From contig JAFAGN010000018.1 of NCBI GenBank assembly GCA_023422695.1, forward strand, positions 23,791-87,790: a DNA stretch of 64,000 nucleotides, written 5' to 3'. Shown piece by piece: positions 29,648-40,896 of the stretch. Source of the DNA: Pseudomonadota bacterium. Lineage in GTDB: Bacteria; Pseudomonadota; Alphaproteobacteria; Sphingomonadales; Sphingomonadaceae. A model generated the notes under the pieces. The model was not told the DNA's origin, made no database searches, and worked only from the letters and a program-made list of their open reading frames with translations. Within the stretch, counting starts at the first letter, position 1. Each line of letters starts with the position of its first letter. Made by a program: the position numbers and the translations under genes.

Positions 29648-30256
29648 TCAGCCGGGATAAGGTGATCCCCTCAATAGTCGGGCAAGATGCGTGGCATTAG
29701 CGGCCACCATTTTGGCGGTCTCGGTTACTTTGCTGGGGCGATGCTTAAGGTCCTTGAAATCGACTGAACCCATCGCCTCACCGACCCAGTAGCAGGCGGC
29801 CACAGCGGGAATCGTCCATCCCACATCGTTCAGCGCCTGAAAGATTTGCGACGAAGCATTATGCGCGCCGTCTTCATTGCCGACGATCGCGGCAACAGCC
29901 ACTTTCGAAAAGCTTGGCATCCGCCCCTTGTCGTCGGTCTCCGACAGGAAGGCATCCATTCGTTCCATCACAAGCTTGGCGACGCTTGATGCTTGACCCA
30001 TCCAGATCGGTGTGCCGAAGATGAGAATATCGGAGGCGAGGATCGCCTCGCGAATTTTCGGCCATTCGTCGCCAGCACCCTCGTTCGAGGTGACACCCCA
30101 TTTGATGCTGTGCGCGGCGATACGGATGGGCTTGCCGACACGGACGCCTTCCGCCTCGAAATGTTCGGTAAGCACCGCGAGCATGGCATCGGTCGAGCTC
30201 TTGCGGCCACGGGCCGACAGCGAGCAATTGATCGCGGTAGCGGTAATCGGGGGCAT
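29648..30256 (-). CDS. Flavodoxin / NADPH-dependent FMN reductase family protein
   Basis: INCSL, ILIFGTPIWMG, GNEDGAH; AGGAG RBS; GGAAC-N17-CGCT at 30284-30309. Confidence 0.85.
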   Translation of the reverse strand: MPPITATAINCSLSARGRKSSTDAMLAVLTEHFEAEGVRVGKPIRIAAHSIKWGVTSNEGAGDEWPKIREAILASDILIFGTPIWMGQASSVAKLVMERMDAFLSETDDKGRMPSFSKVAVAAIVGNEDGAHNASSQIFQALNDVGWTIPAVAACYWVGEAMGSVDFKDLKHRPSKVTETAKMVAANATHLARLLRGSPYPG

Positions 30257-30428
30257 ATCGTCTCCTTTACCCCGCCGGGGTGAAGCGCGCGCCGGTCGCG
30301 GTTGGTTCCGATGTCATACTGGCGGCGTACTCGGAATGACGATGAGCGTCCGCTCTCGACGCGCCTTGGGCGAGTTCCGACAGGGAATTCATGTTGAAAA
30401 TATCGGTGCCGCCGAGCGCGGGCAGTAA

Positions 30429-30454
30429 GAAGGGGCCGCCAAAGCGGCCCCTTC
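30429..30454 (-). terminator. Hairpin terminator after the BON gene
   Basis: GAAGGGGCCGC-N4-GCGGCCCCTTC, perfect 11-bp stem. Confidence 0.6.
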
Positions 30455-30470
30455 CTGCCGGCTTGCCGGG

Positions 30471-31262
30471 TCAATCGAGCTTGGGACTGACGACGCCCGA
30501 GCTGTAGCGCAGATTGTTCTGCACATGTTTGACGCCCGTGACGTCGTCGGCGACATCTTCGGCGCGGCGCTTCGACCGGCGATCCTCGACCGTGCCGGAG
30601 AGCGTGACTTCGCCCTCTGCGACGCTGACCTCGATCTCGGAGGCGTCGATCCAGACATCCTCGGTAAGACGGTCGTTCACGTCCTCGCGGATGCGCTCGT
30701 CGGAGCGGATATAGCTTTTGGGGCCGCGGCCGCGATGATCGAGTTCCCGGCGACGGCGCGCGTCGCGATCGCCGAACCAGGAAAGCACTTCGTCGCCGGC
30801 GCGGTCGAGGAAGCCGCGGTCGTCCGGGTCGTAATCGGGGCTGCGCGTCCGCGGATAATTGCCGTAAGGCGAATAGCCCTCGACCGGGAGATAGCCGAAC
30901 TCGCTCGGCCAGTAGTTGCCGCCGCGCGAACGATCCTCGCCTCGGGCTTCGCCGGCAGCATCGTAATAGGCGTCGCGGCGGGGCGTGCGGTCGTAACGGG
31001 GCCAGTCGGAGCGCTCAGCGCGGCGGACCGGCCGGCGATAGTCGCCCGCGCGCTCATCCTCCCAATTATCGCGGCGATATTCCTGCTCGCGATAGGCGCG
31101 GCGCGGGCGGCGCTGCTCGCGCTCGTCTTCCTCGATCGCCACATAAGCGCGCGAGGCATCCTCTGCGCGGCCGCGGTTGTAGCGACCCGGCGATGCGCCG
31201 GTGTCGGGGCTGCTGTTGTCGCTATAATACCAGAGCGGGGTGCGGTCGTCGAACCTGTCCAT
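30471..31262 (-). CDS. BON domain protein with SWFGD motif and R/D/Y-rich N-terminus
   Basis: RAGDEVLSWFGD; GRGPKSY.RSDERIREDV...GEVTLSGTV..GVKHVQNNL; GGAG RBS; GGAAC-N16-CGTC at 31335-31359. Confidence 0.88.
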   Translation of the reverse strand: MDRFDDRTPLWYYSDNSSPDTGASPGRYNRGRAEDASRAYVAIEEDEREQRRPRRAYREQEYRRDNWEDERAGDYRRPVRRAERSDWPRYDRTPRRDAYYDAAGEARGEDRSRGGNYWPSEFGYLPVEGYSPYGNYPRTRSPDYDPDDRGFLDRAGDEVLSWFGDRDARRRRELDHRGRGPKSYIRSDERIREDVNDRLTEDVWIDASEIEVSVAEGEVTLSGTVEDRRSKRRAEDVADDVTGVKHVQNNLRYSSGVVSPKLD

Positions 31263-31468
31263 GATCCATCTCCATTTGTTGAGGGTGGCGGGCAGGTTGC
31301 CGGGAAGGGAGGCAACCCCCCGTCCCGCCGAACCGACGCATGGAGTGGGGGCAAGTTCCCGATTTGGGCGCAATATGTCGCGCTGCGACGTCAACGCATC
31401 GACGAATGTGACCCGATCTCTCCAATGGGCGGTTGGCGTCGCCGGCGCTTCCGAGTTCTCATGGAGAA

Positions 31469-32392
31469 TCAAATCTGCAAAGGATCATACCCATTGGGCC
31501 GCGCGAGCTTTGCGTCCGGCGAACTGGCTGCTGGGGAACCGGATCTCTCCAACGCATCTTTCCAAAGCCTTCCCAGCTCGACGTCGATCCAGTCGGCGGC
31601 AAAAGGATCGAGGCCAGAGCCGGGATAAAGGCAAAACTCGCCGAAAAGCGGTTGGCAGTCGATTTCGTAAAAATCGACCCGAACGAAGGCTAGGTTCCCG
31701 GCAAGCGTCTCTGCAGCTTGCAGCATCGCCCCGAGGGAGGAGGGTCTGGAAGGTCGATCGGCGGCAGGCACGAGCTGCCGCCAGTTGCGGTCATGCAATA
31801 TCCAGCGGTGACGGACACCGCGCCCCAAATGTACCTGGACGTGCGTCGCGACACCGCCAAAGACGTAGATCTTGTAGTCGATGGGGAGAGGACGTGCGCC
31901 GCCGAGCAACGGCTCGGCGAAAACGCCACGCGGCACATTGCGATAAGCCCATTCGTCGAGCCAGCGGCCGTACTCCCGGCGCTGCCATCGGCGCGCGGCT
32001 CGCTGGACCTGCTTCCAGCGCTCGCAGTCCGGAAATGTCTCCAAGATTTGATATTGGTTACACCCATGTCGCGCCTTGACGATAGATGGGAGGGCGAACG
32101 GAATCATGCGCGGCAGAAGCTGGCCCTGCCAGAGCGTTGGTACGATCCAGTTTGCGCCGAGTTGCTCCGAGGCCAAGCGTTTTGCCTCAAGTTTATCCAG
32201 CAGCGTCGTTTGCAACGGTGACCGATCATTCAATTTGCGGAGCTGGACGAACTCGGTGAAGCGCGTCGGATTGAGCAGGTCGGGCAGGCGTCGATGACGC
32301 AAGGCGTAGAGAAGGGCAATCCGGTGCGCGGCTATCGAGGAGCCGACATTGTCCACTTTCGCCGGGTATTCCGAGGCGCGCGAGAGTTTCAT
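31469..32392 (-). CDS. TupA-like ATP-grasp amidoligase
   Basis: NPTRFTE, DKL, VKARHGC, DYKIYVFGG, FVRVDFY, FGEFCLYPGSG. Confidence 0.85.
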   Translation of the reverse strand: MKLSRASEYPAKVDNVGSSIAAHRIALLYALRHRRLPDLLNPTRFTEFVQLRKLNDRSPLQTTLLDKLEAKRLASEQLGANWIVPTLWQGQLLPRMIPFALPSIVKARHGCNQYQILETFPDCERWKQVQRAARRWQRREYGRWLDEWAYRNVPRGVFAEPLLGGARPLPIDYKIYVFGGVATHVQVHLGRGVRHRWILHDRNWRQLVPAADRPSRPSSLGAMLQAAETLAGNLAFVRVDFYEIDCQPLFGEFCLYPGSGLDPFAADWIDVELGRLWKDALERSGSPAASSPDAKLARPNGYDPLQI

Positions 32393-32896
32393 GCCATGTC
32401 GGTCTCAGGGCTGAACGACGTGTGGCCGCTATCGCGGAAGCTCGGCCGATCCAGGTTTATATCGCGGCAAAGCTGCATGCGGATACGAACGACCCGGCGC
32501 AGAAAACGCTCCCGGCAATATCATCGACCGACCTCCGATCACCTGGGCAGCGCTCAGGCGCTCGGGTGCGACCAACCGGTGAGGAACGCGTCATCGCGCG
32601 CACCGCTGCGGATCGCGTGCAGCATCGCACGTCTCAACCTCGGATCTTCATGAACGGGCAAAAGAAGATTGCTACCGGTCAGCCTATTCGAGCGAAGTGG
32701 GGAGGGAAAGACCCCGGCGTGACTATGCCGAAACAGAAAAAATGCTGACCGTGTATCCGATGATTTGATTGCAGCATCCGCTTGCCTCAAACATTAGGCG
32801 CGTAGCACACTCCGACGGCCAAGCTGAGCGATATGTCGTTGAGCCGGATATGCGCGCCGATATTCGGACAACGTTGGGGAGCGGCGCGGACGACGA

Positions 32897-33142
32897 TTGA
32901 ATGCGTACGCCGACGGCAATTCGACTGAGACGTGGGATCGAACAGCCGCGGCGATACGCGAAGCGATGCACATGGCGGCGGCAGACCGACCGATCACCGT
33001 CGAAGCCCGTGCGCCGTTCAAATGCAGTTGGCGAAGAAAGGTTGCAAAGATGGCACGCACGGTCGCCGCCATTCTGGAAAATTGTCGAGGCTGCCCTCCA
33101 CGCGATCGCGGCCTCAGGCCTCGGTGCTGCCATTGCCGATAG
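32897..33142 (+). CDS. Possible small hypothetical protein
   Basis: ORF only (TTG start); no recognisable motif. Confidence 0.25.
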   Translation: MNAYADGNSTETWDRTAAAIREAMHMAAADRPITVEARAPFKCSWRRKVAKMARTVAAILENCRGCPPRDRGLRPRCCHCR

Positions 33143-33177
33143 ACGAGGACGGAGAGCCGCGCGCGCGGGCACGGGCG

Positions 33178-33202
33178 GGAACGACGATAGCCGCGGCGCA
33201 TT
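33178..33202 (+). promoter_or_regulatory. EcfG-type promoter for the PfpI gene
   Basis: GGAAC-N16-CATT. Confidence 0.55.
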
Positions 33203-33230
33203 GGTCATGAGACAGCAAAGGAGCTTTCCG

Positions 33231-33791
33231 ATGACCAAGGACAATATACTCGCCGGCTGCAGGATCCTGATCATGGCGACAGATGGCTTCGAACAATCCG
33301 AGCTTGAAGTGCCACTTCAGCGTCTGGAGGACGCCGGCGCGAAGGTCGAAATCGCATCGATCGACGATGATGATATTACCGGCTGGGACGAAGACGATTG
33401 GGGCGACGAGGTCGAAGTCGATCTCAAGATCGCTGACGTCGATACCGACCGTTATGACGCGCTCGTCCTCCCGGGCGGTCAGATCAATCCCGACTTGCTG
33501 CGGGTCGAGGACAAGGCGATCTCGATCATCCGGGCCTTCGCAGGTGCTGGAAAGCCGGTTGCCGCGATTTGCCATGCGCCGTGGCTTCTTGTCGAAGCCG
33601 GGCTCGCATCGGGCAAGCGAATGACGAGCTACAAGTCGATCCGCACAGATGTTGCCAATGCCGGCGCGCAGGTGGTCGATGAGAGCGTCGTGGTCGACGG
33701 CAATATCATCACGAGTCGCTGTCCCGACGACCTGCTCGACTTTTGCGATGCGATCGTTGCAGCGGTGGCCGACCGCAGGGCGCGGCCGTAA
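33231..33791 (+). CDS. PfpI/DJ-1 family type 1 glutamine-amidotransferase-like protein
   Basis: DGFEQSEL, LVLPGG, AAICHAPW, ITSR.PDD; AAGGAG RBS. Confidence 0.92.
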   Translation: MTKDNILAGCRILIMATDGFEQSELEVPLQRLEDAGAKVEIASIDDDDITGWDEDDWGDEVEVDLKIADVDTDRYDALVLPGGQINPDLLRVEDKAISIIRAFAGAGKPVAAICHAPWLLVEAGLASGKRMTSYKSIRTDVANAGAQVVDESVVVDGNIITSRCPDDLLDFCDAIVAAVADRRARP

Positions 33792-33944
33792 CTGTGCCGA
33801 GCTCAATACGGGACTGTTGAGTTGTGAAAAGGCGATCGCGTGCGGGCACGGCGATTCTTGCGATAAGCTGTTGAAAGCTCGCTGTTCTATTTCGCGTCGC
33901 TTCAAAGCCTACCGCCCAGGCAGTTTGGAAAGAGGATGACCCAC

Positions 33945-34100
33945 ATGGGACAGAACAACCAGCAGAGCGGCCAAGCCGATCACAATCCGAACGAGAACCC
34001 CGGCGAGCAGGAACAGCAGCGTCGCCAGCTCGGTCAGGACAATGACCAGAAGTTGGGAAACCAGGCCGGCCGCGACGACGAGAATCTTCAGAAGCGCTGA
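33945..34100 (+). CDS. 51-aa Q/N/D/E/G-rich hydrophilic small protein
   Basis: Below the ORF-track cutoff. MGQNNQQSGQADHNPNENPGEQEQQRRQLGQDNDQKLGNQAGRDDENLQKR; GAGG RBS; hairpin GGGCCGCA..TGCGGCCC plus T-run downstream. Confidence 0.65.
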   Translation: MGQNNQQSGQADHNPNENPGEQEQQRRQLGQDNDQKLGNQAGRDDENLQKR

Positions 34101-34268
34101 CGTCGGAAAGAAGAGTGACGCCGAGGCGCCCTCTCGGGGCAGGGCCGCACTTCGATGCGGCCCGGCCTTTTCTATTCCCCGGTTGCGCCCATTCCAGGTG
34201 CAACCTTCCTACCACTTTGGCATTCTCCCTTCATCGATCGCGGACAGCGGAATGGGAAGGAGAGGCCC

Positions 34269-34472
34269 GTGCGAACGATTGAGATATGGCCCGACGAAAT
34301 CGAGGGCGGCGACACCGAGCGAGAGGGTGTCTTCTACGCGACTATGCGCTTCATCGACAGGGAAGCTGAAACAGCCGTCGTGATCTATCTGCAACCCGAG
34401 ATCGAGCGAGGCATGATCGCCGATCTTTACGGCTGGGCGCAAAGCCGCGGCATGACCGGTCGAACGAACTGA
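34269..34472 (+). CDS. Small hypothetical protein
   Basis: AAGGAGAGG RBS before GTG 34269; 67 aa. Confidence 0.5.
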   Translation: MRTIEIWPDEIEGGDTEREGVFYATMRFIDREAETAVVIYLQPEIERGMIADLYGWAQSRGMTGRTN

Positions 34473-34537
34473 ATTGGAAGCATGGGTTGGCAAGCGGTCG
34501 CCCGCCTGAATCGGAGCGCCCCTTGGCGGCCACCTTT

Positions 34538-34720
34538 TCAATTCGGAGACGTGGTTCGATGCAAGTCAGTCAGCACGGCGTTCCAGAATGCGATCTCTTC
34601 GTCATTGCCCCGGTCGCGCGACCATTGCACCTGCCTGGAGACGATGAAGTCGGCCTGTTTGCCATGCCGCAGCTTGATCTCCGACACACAATTTCGAATG
34701 TTATGACCTCCGAACGGCAT
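34538..34720 (-). CDS. Small hypothetical protein
   Basis: AAGGAG RBS upstream; 60 aa with a helical-looking C-terminus. Confidence 0.4.
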   Translation of the reverse strand: MPFGGHNIRNCVSEIKLRHGKQADFIVSRQVQWSRDRGNDEEIAFWNAVLTDLHRTTSPN

Positions 34721-34760
34721 TGCCGATCTCCTTGATGCTTCGCATAGAAACAGGGCAGGT

Positions 34761-34786
34761 GAGGGCGGCGGTTTCCCGCCGCCCTC
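34761..34786 (-). terminator. Hairpin after groEL
   Basis: GAGGGCGGCGG..CCGCCGCCCTC stem right after the stop codon. Confidence 0.6.
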
Positions 34787-34792
34787 GATATG

Positions 34793-36436
<1,644 letters not shown>

Positions 36437-36458
36437 TCAGTTGGTGATGAGTGCGGCA

Positions 36459-36773
36459 TCAGGCCGCCTGCTTGAGCGCCTCGGCCTGTTCGATGACGCC
36501 GAGGATGTCGCTCTCCTTCATGATGAGCAGCTCCTCGCCGTCGATGCGGACTTCGGTGCCCGACCATTTGCCGAACAGAATCCGGTCGCCGGCCTTCACG
36601 TCGAGCGCGGCGATCGTGCCGTCCTCGGCGCGGGTGCCCGGGCCGACGGCGACGACCTCGCCCTCCTGCGGCTTTTCCTTGGCGGAGTCGGGGATGATGA
36701 TGCCGCCCGAGGTCTTCTCCTCGGCTTCGATGCGGCGGACGACCACACGGTCGTGCAAGGGACGGAAATGCAT
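36459..36773 (-). CDS. groES: Co-chaperonin GroES
   Basis: [36 protein letters not shown]. Confidence 0.98.
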   Translation of the reverse strand: MHFRPLHDRVVVRRIEAEEKTSGGIIIPDSAKEKPQEGEVVAVGPGTRAEDGTIAALDVKAGDRILFGKWSGTEVRIDGEELLIMKESDILGVIEQAEALKQAA

Positions 36774-36841
36774 GCATAACCTCCATGTTGCATAACGATA
36801 TGATAAGCCGACGCGCCTGTCCGGGACGCGCGGCGCCGATG

Positions 36842-36870
36842 AGCTAGGAAGCGATTTTTTTGGCTTCAAG
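36842..36870 (-). promoter_or_regulatory. RpoH (sigma32)-type promoter for groESL
   Basis: CTTGAA...CCTAGCT (CTTG-N18-CCTA). Confidence 0.6.
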
Positions 36871-37034
36871 AGGTCCGGCGAAAATTTTTTCGGCGCTTGA
36901 TCGGCCGAGAAACAAATGCCCCTTATCAAGGGCCTGACACCTCTTGACTCGACTCGCTTCCTTTCCAAAATCTGTGGCTGCGGCAGCCTGCCGCACGACG
37001 AGAAAGGATTGGCGACAAGGAAGGAGGCACGATC

Positions 37035-37262
37035 ATGTCCGAGCCATTTTCCCGTTTTCTTCATCCCTTCGACGTGGCGCGTCACCCGAGCCTCGAGCCC
37101 GAGGTCAAGCGCGCCCTTCTCGCATCCTGGGCATCGGATCGCTCGGCGGTCCGCAACAAGCCCGCGCTTCGCAAACCCCCGGGGGCGAGGCGAGCGGTGC
37201 CAGTCGACGATGTGCTCGCGGCGCTTCGGTCGCTCGACGGGGGCGAGACGCGCGCGCCATGA
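37035..37262 (+). CDS. Small hypothetical protein upstream of usg
   Basis: AAGGAGG RBS; HP.DV..HP.L....[13 protein letters not shown] pattern. Confidence 0.75.
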   Translation: MSEPFSRFLHPFDVARHPSLEPEVKRALLASWASDRSAVRNKPALRKPPGARRAVPVDDVLAALRSLDGGETRAP

Positions 37263-37528
37263 CCGACCGCGCGCTGATCGCACAGTTGGACGGCTATGGG
37301 CTAACGACCGCGGAGATCCATTATTACCGGCCCGATCATCCTTCGCTGCTCCAGCTGTACGTCTGGCAGGACTATGATCTTCCGCCCGACTTCCCGGTGC
37401 TGTTCGATTTTCTGGCCATGTGGCGGCGGCAGATTGAAGCTGCGCTTCATTCGGTGCGGATCGCGCATGATGCGCTGATCGGGCCCGCCGAGTGGAGCGC
37501 GGCGGATATGATCCGGGCGATCGACTGA
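37259..37528 (+). CDS. usg: Usg family protein
   Basis: [33 protein letters not shown]...HSVR; ATGA overlap. Confidence 0.88.
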   Translation: MTDRALIAQLDGYGLTTAEIHYYRPDHPSLLQLYVWQDYDLPPDFPVLFDFLAMWRRQIEAALHSVRIAHDALIGPAEWSAADMIRAID

Positions 37529-37627
37529 CGGATCGGGAGCGTCGCCGCGTACCGGAACCTTCATCGTGTTTTGGTTCGTCTGATACAGCGAAGCGGGGCC
37601 GCCGCTGAACAACGGCTCCGCCAGACG

Positions 37628-38107
37628 TTAGGCGGTCTCGAGAGTCTTTTCCTTCGACGATCCAATCCGGCGCGTTTCGGTGTTGCCGCTGCCGATCTCT
37701 ATCTTGCGCGGCTTCATCGCCTCGGGGATGACCCGGTTGAGTTCGATCGCGAGCAGGCCGTCGGCAAAGCTCGCGCTGCCGACCTCGATATAGTCGGCGA
37801 GCTGGAAGCGCCGTTCGAACGCGCTTCGCGCGATGCCGCGGTGAAGATAGGTGCTCTTCGCTTCGTCTTCCGCCGGTTTGCCTATGACGGTCAGCTGGTT
37901 CTGCTGCGCGACGATCTCGATCTCGTCGGGCTTGAAGCCCGGGACCGCCAGCGTGACGCGGAAGCGGTCATCGGCATCGCGCACGATGTCGAAGGCGGGA
38001 AAGCCATCGGACGTTTCGCCGCGCTGCCCCTTCTCGAGCAGGTCGAAGAGATGATCGAAGCCCACCGTCGAGCGGCGGTAGGGGGTGAAGTCAAAGTCGG
38101 TTCTCAT
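37628..38107 (-). CDS. Small heat shock protein Hsp20 (IbpA-like, class A)
   Basis: [45 protein letters not shown]. Confidence 0.95.
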   Translation of the reverse strand: MRTDFDFTPYRRSTVGFDHLFDLLEKGQRGETSDGFPAFDIVRDADDRFRVTLAVPGFKPDEIEIVAQQNQLTVIGKPAEDEAKSTYLHRGIARSAFERRFQLADYIEVGSASFADGLLAIELNRVIPEAMKPRKIEIGSGNTETRRIGSSKEKTLETA

Positions 38108-38109
38108 TT

Positions 38110-38137
38110 CCAAATCCTCCTGATTGAAGCAATTCGG
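38110..38137 (-). promoter_or_regulatory. ROSE-like RNA thermometer hairpin occluding the Hsp20 SD
   Basis: mRNA CCGAAUUGCUUC-AAUCA-GGAGGAUUUGG forms an 11-bp stem with the bulged G of UUGCU opposite the SD. Confidence 0.75.
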
Positions 38138-38212
38138 GCATGAGATGCGCCGGGACTTAGAGCCGGCGCTCTCTATGTCCTCAGGACCCGGAAAATCCGG
38201 CATCCGGGAAAA

Positions 38213-38240
38213 AATTAGGAAGCCATTTTTCGATTTCAAG
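38213..38240 (-). promoter_or_regulatory. RpoH-type promoter for Hsp20
   Basis: CTTG-N17-CCTAATT; shares GACCTCTTGAA and TTCCTA with the groES promoter. Confidence 0.6.
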
Positions 38241-38333
38241 AGGTCGCGCGCGCGAAGATTCTGGATGCGCCATGTTCCGAAAATCCGCAGCGCCAAAGCG
38301 CGGAGCCGCAACGCGCGCGGCTCCGCGATCGGG

Positions 38334-38519
38334 TCAGGCGACGCGACTGTCGCCGGTATCGCGGCTCCATGCCGCGATCTGGTCCTTGATCGCCAGCTTC
38401 AGCTTCTTGAGCCGCGCAATCAGGACTTCGTCGGGCTGGCGGCGCTGCGCCTCCCGATCGATTTCGGCGTCGAGGCGGGCATGCTCGCGCCGCAGATAAT
38501 CGATATGTTTGCTGGACAT
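38334..38519 (-). CDS. DUF465/YdcH family small protein
   Basis: L..EH..LD.EI....PD...IARLKKLKLAIKDQI. Confidence 0.85.
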   Translation of the reverse strand: MSSKHIDYLRREHARLDAEIDREAQRRQPDEVLIARLKKLKLAIKDQIAAWSRDTGDSRVA

Positions 38520-38938
38520 CTTCTTCTCCATGCCAAGTTGAGGATGTTGCAGCCCGAGCGGCTGCGGCGTCGATGTAGGAAAGCTATGGTCAGGATTTCA
38601 AGGGGTTGAAGTGTCTGCCTGTGGGAGACTGTCGGAAGCTGTGAAGAGCATCGCGCGGCGCCCCGCACGGAAGGCACGACAGCCGGCATTGGGAAGCAAA
38701 GATGTAGAGGCGGTCGGCGCGCTACAGCTAAATCGTCACAACATGGGTTAGTCGCTGCAACCCGGCCTGGCGACCATTGTTTCGGTAGCATGCCGACTCG
38801 CGAGGAACAGGTTTACCCGCTCTTCCGGCGCGTCGCCGACGCCATTTGCGCTGTTCGCCTTCCTGGCCGCGCCTGGGAATATGCGCTGCGCCGGAGCCAA
38901 CCGGCATATGCTTCAGACTGGGAGTGATGGATGTGACC

Positions 38939-39742
38939 ATGAAAGCACAGAAGCTTGATACGATCAGGGTCGAGAAACCTTGGGGCGTCGATCGGCTTCC
39001 TCCGCCCTTCGATGCACGGACTGGTGGCCGCGTCGGCGAAATCTGGTTTCGTCCGCCCAAATCCAATCCGCTGCTCGTGAAATATATCTTCACGAGCGAG
39101 CGCTTGTCGATCCAGGTCCATCCCGACGACCGGCAGGCGCAGGCGCGCGGACTTCCCGCAGGCAAGGAGGAATGCTGGTACATTCTTGACGCTGAGCCGG
39201 ACGCGGTGCTCGGCATTGGCACGCTCCGCGCGCTCGGCGAGCGCGAACTCGCCGATACCGCCCGCTCGGGTGCTATCGAGGCGCTCATGGAGTGGCATCC
39301 GGTGCGCGCGAACATGTTCTTTCATATTCCGCCCGGAACCGTCCATGCGATCGGCACCGGGGTCACACTCGTCGAAATTCAGCAGAATGTGGATGTTACC
39401 TATCGTCTCTACGATTACGGCCGCCCGCGCGAGCTGCACCTCGCCGATGGGACGGCGGTCGCGAAGGCCGCGCCAATGTCACGCGATCTCTGCCGCCAAG
39501 TCGATATCGCAGAGAGCGCGTTGTTGCTCGACAGCCGCCATCTTGTGGTCGCGCACCTGAACGCCAACGACCTTTCGCCGCTTGCCGATGCGAGGGATGG
39601 GGCGATGATCGTCCCACTCAGCGGCACGGTCGCGACTGACGGCGTGACCGCGCAGGCGGGCGAGTGCCTGTGGGCCGAGGACGTCGCTACCATTGAGGCC
39701 GGAGCCGGCGCGCGTTTTCTGGCGGGTTGGCACAAGCCTTGA
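38939..39742 (+). CDS. manA: Class I mannose-6-phosphate isomerase (cupin)
   Basis: EKPWG, GEIW, LSIQVHP, KEECWY, PGTVHAIG, EIQQ..D.TYRLYDYGR. Confidence 0.88.
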   Translation: MKAQKLDTIRVEKPWGVDRLPPPFDARTGGRVGEIWFRPPKSNPLLVKYIFTSERLSIQVHPDDRQAQARGLPAGKEECWYILDAEPDAVLGIGTLRALGERELADTARSGAIEALMEWHPVRANMFFHIPPGTVHAIGTGVTLVEIQQNVDVTYRLYDYGRPRELHLADGTAVAKAAPMSRDLCRQVDIAESALLLDSRHLVVAHLNANDLSPLADARDGAMIVPLSGTVATDGVTAQAGECLWAEDVATIEAGAGARFLAGWHKP

Positions 39743-39872
39743 CGCCCTGCGCCACCTTGGCGCGTCACCGATGGAGGGCGATCCGCCTGCGCCAGCTAAC
39801 CTGGCACCGTCCTGCCGCCCGAGACGCCTAGCGAGGCGCGTCGGCTGCCGCGCATGTTACAGGGTTGATCGG

Positions 39873-40736
39873 CTATCCGCCCGAGGCTTTCTCTACGGCG
39901 CTTCCCATCTCCTCTCCGAGGCGCACCGGCCGTTCGGGAAACCAATCGGGGTTGAACGCGATCGCTTGCTTCTCGAACAGCATCACGATCGTGGAGCCGA
40001 GGAGAAAGCGACCCATCTCGTCGCCCTTGCGCAGCAAGACTTCATCGGGGGCGTAGGACCATGACGATATCTTGCCCGATCGCTTTGCATTCACCACGCC
40101 ATGCCATGACGTTGCGATGCTGCCGACGATGGTCGCACCTACGAGTATCATCGCAAAATGGCCGTGAGTGGGGGACTCGAACAGGCATATGACCCGCTCG
40201 TTACGCGCGAAAAGGCCGGGCACCCCTCGCGCGGTCGTCGGGTTGACGGAAAAGAGCGAGCCCGGGACGTGGATCATGCGTCTGAGCTCCCCGTCGCACG
40301 GCATGTGCAGCCGGTGATAATCCTTGGGCGAAAGATAGAGGTTGGCGAAACTGCCGTCGCGAAACGTCGCGGCGAGGGCAGCGTCGCCGCCCAGTATCGC
40401 GGTGGTGGTGAAACGGTGGCCCTTGGCCTGGACGATGTGATGATCGTCGATGGCGCCGAGCTGGCTGATGGCACCGTCGACCGGACAGATGAAATCGGCC
40501 TCCGCCCGCGGGCGAGCGCCGGCTTTCAGCGGACGCGTGAAGAAGTCGTTGAAGTTTGCATAGCTGCGGATGTCGGGATTTTCCGCTTCGCTCATGTCGA
40601 CGCCATATTTGGCGACGAACCATTGGATCAGTCGCGGGGTCAGCCGGCCCGACGATGCGGCAACACGGCCGGCGAATTCGGTCAGCCGCCGCTTCGGCAT
40701 CGCATGCTGGGCAAGAATTGTCAGGCGCTCGAACAT
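39873..40736 (-). CDS. psd: Phosphatidylserine decarboxylase proenzyme (LGST type)
   Basis: FNDFFTRPLK, PVDG, YLSPKDYHR.HMP, ARNER, VGATIVGS, F.LGST cleavage motif. Confidence 0.92.
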   Translation of the reverse strand: MFERLTILAQHAMPKRRLTEFAGRVAASSGRLTPRLIQWFVAKYGVDMSEAENPDIRSYANFNDFFTRPLKAGARPRAEADFICPVDGAISQLGAIDDHHIVQAKGHRFTTTAILGGDAALAATFRDGSFANLYLSPKDYHRLHMPCDGELRRMIHVPGSLFSVNPTTARGVPGLFARNERVICLFESPTHGHFAMILVGATIVGSIATSWHGVVNAKRSGKISSWSYAPDEVLLRKGDEMGRFLLGSTIVMLFEKQAIAFNPDWFPERPVRLGEEMGSAVEKASGG

Positions 40737-40896
40737 GATATCATCCGTTGGTCGATGCTGCGGAGGGAAAGCCGATCGCCTGTGGAGAGACGACGGCGCC
40801 CGCCTCTTCGTTCCGGCGGTGATGCTTTATCCCGATGTCGTGGGGCACGGGAAGGCGCATGGCCGGGAGCGGAAGATAATCGGGTAAGGGGCGCGC

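Noticed and set aside
8000..29700. Integrase, transposase, tRNA attachment site or terminal direct repeats for the island
   Set aside because: None recognised by eye; boundaries are inferred only from gene content and composition.
32393..32896. ORFs upstream of the ATP-grasp gene
   Set aside because: Several short frames on both strands, none with recognisable features; possibly decayed sequence.
36774..36900. CIRCE element or thermometer upstream of groES
   Set aside because: No TTAGCACTC-N9-GAGTGCTAA; the GTTATGCA direct repeat gives only a weak hairpin.
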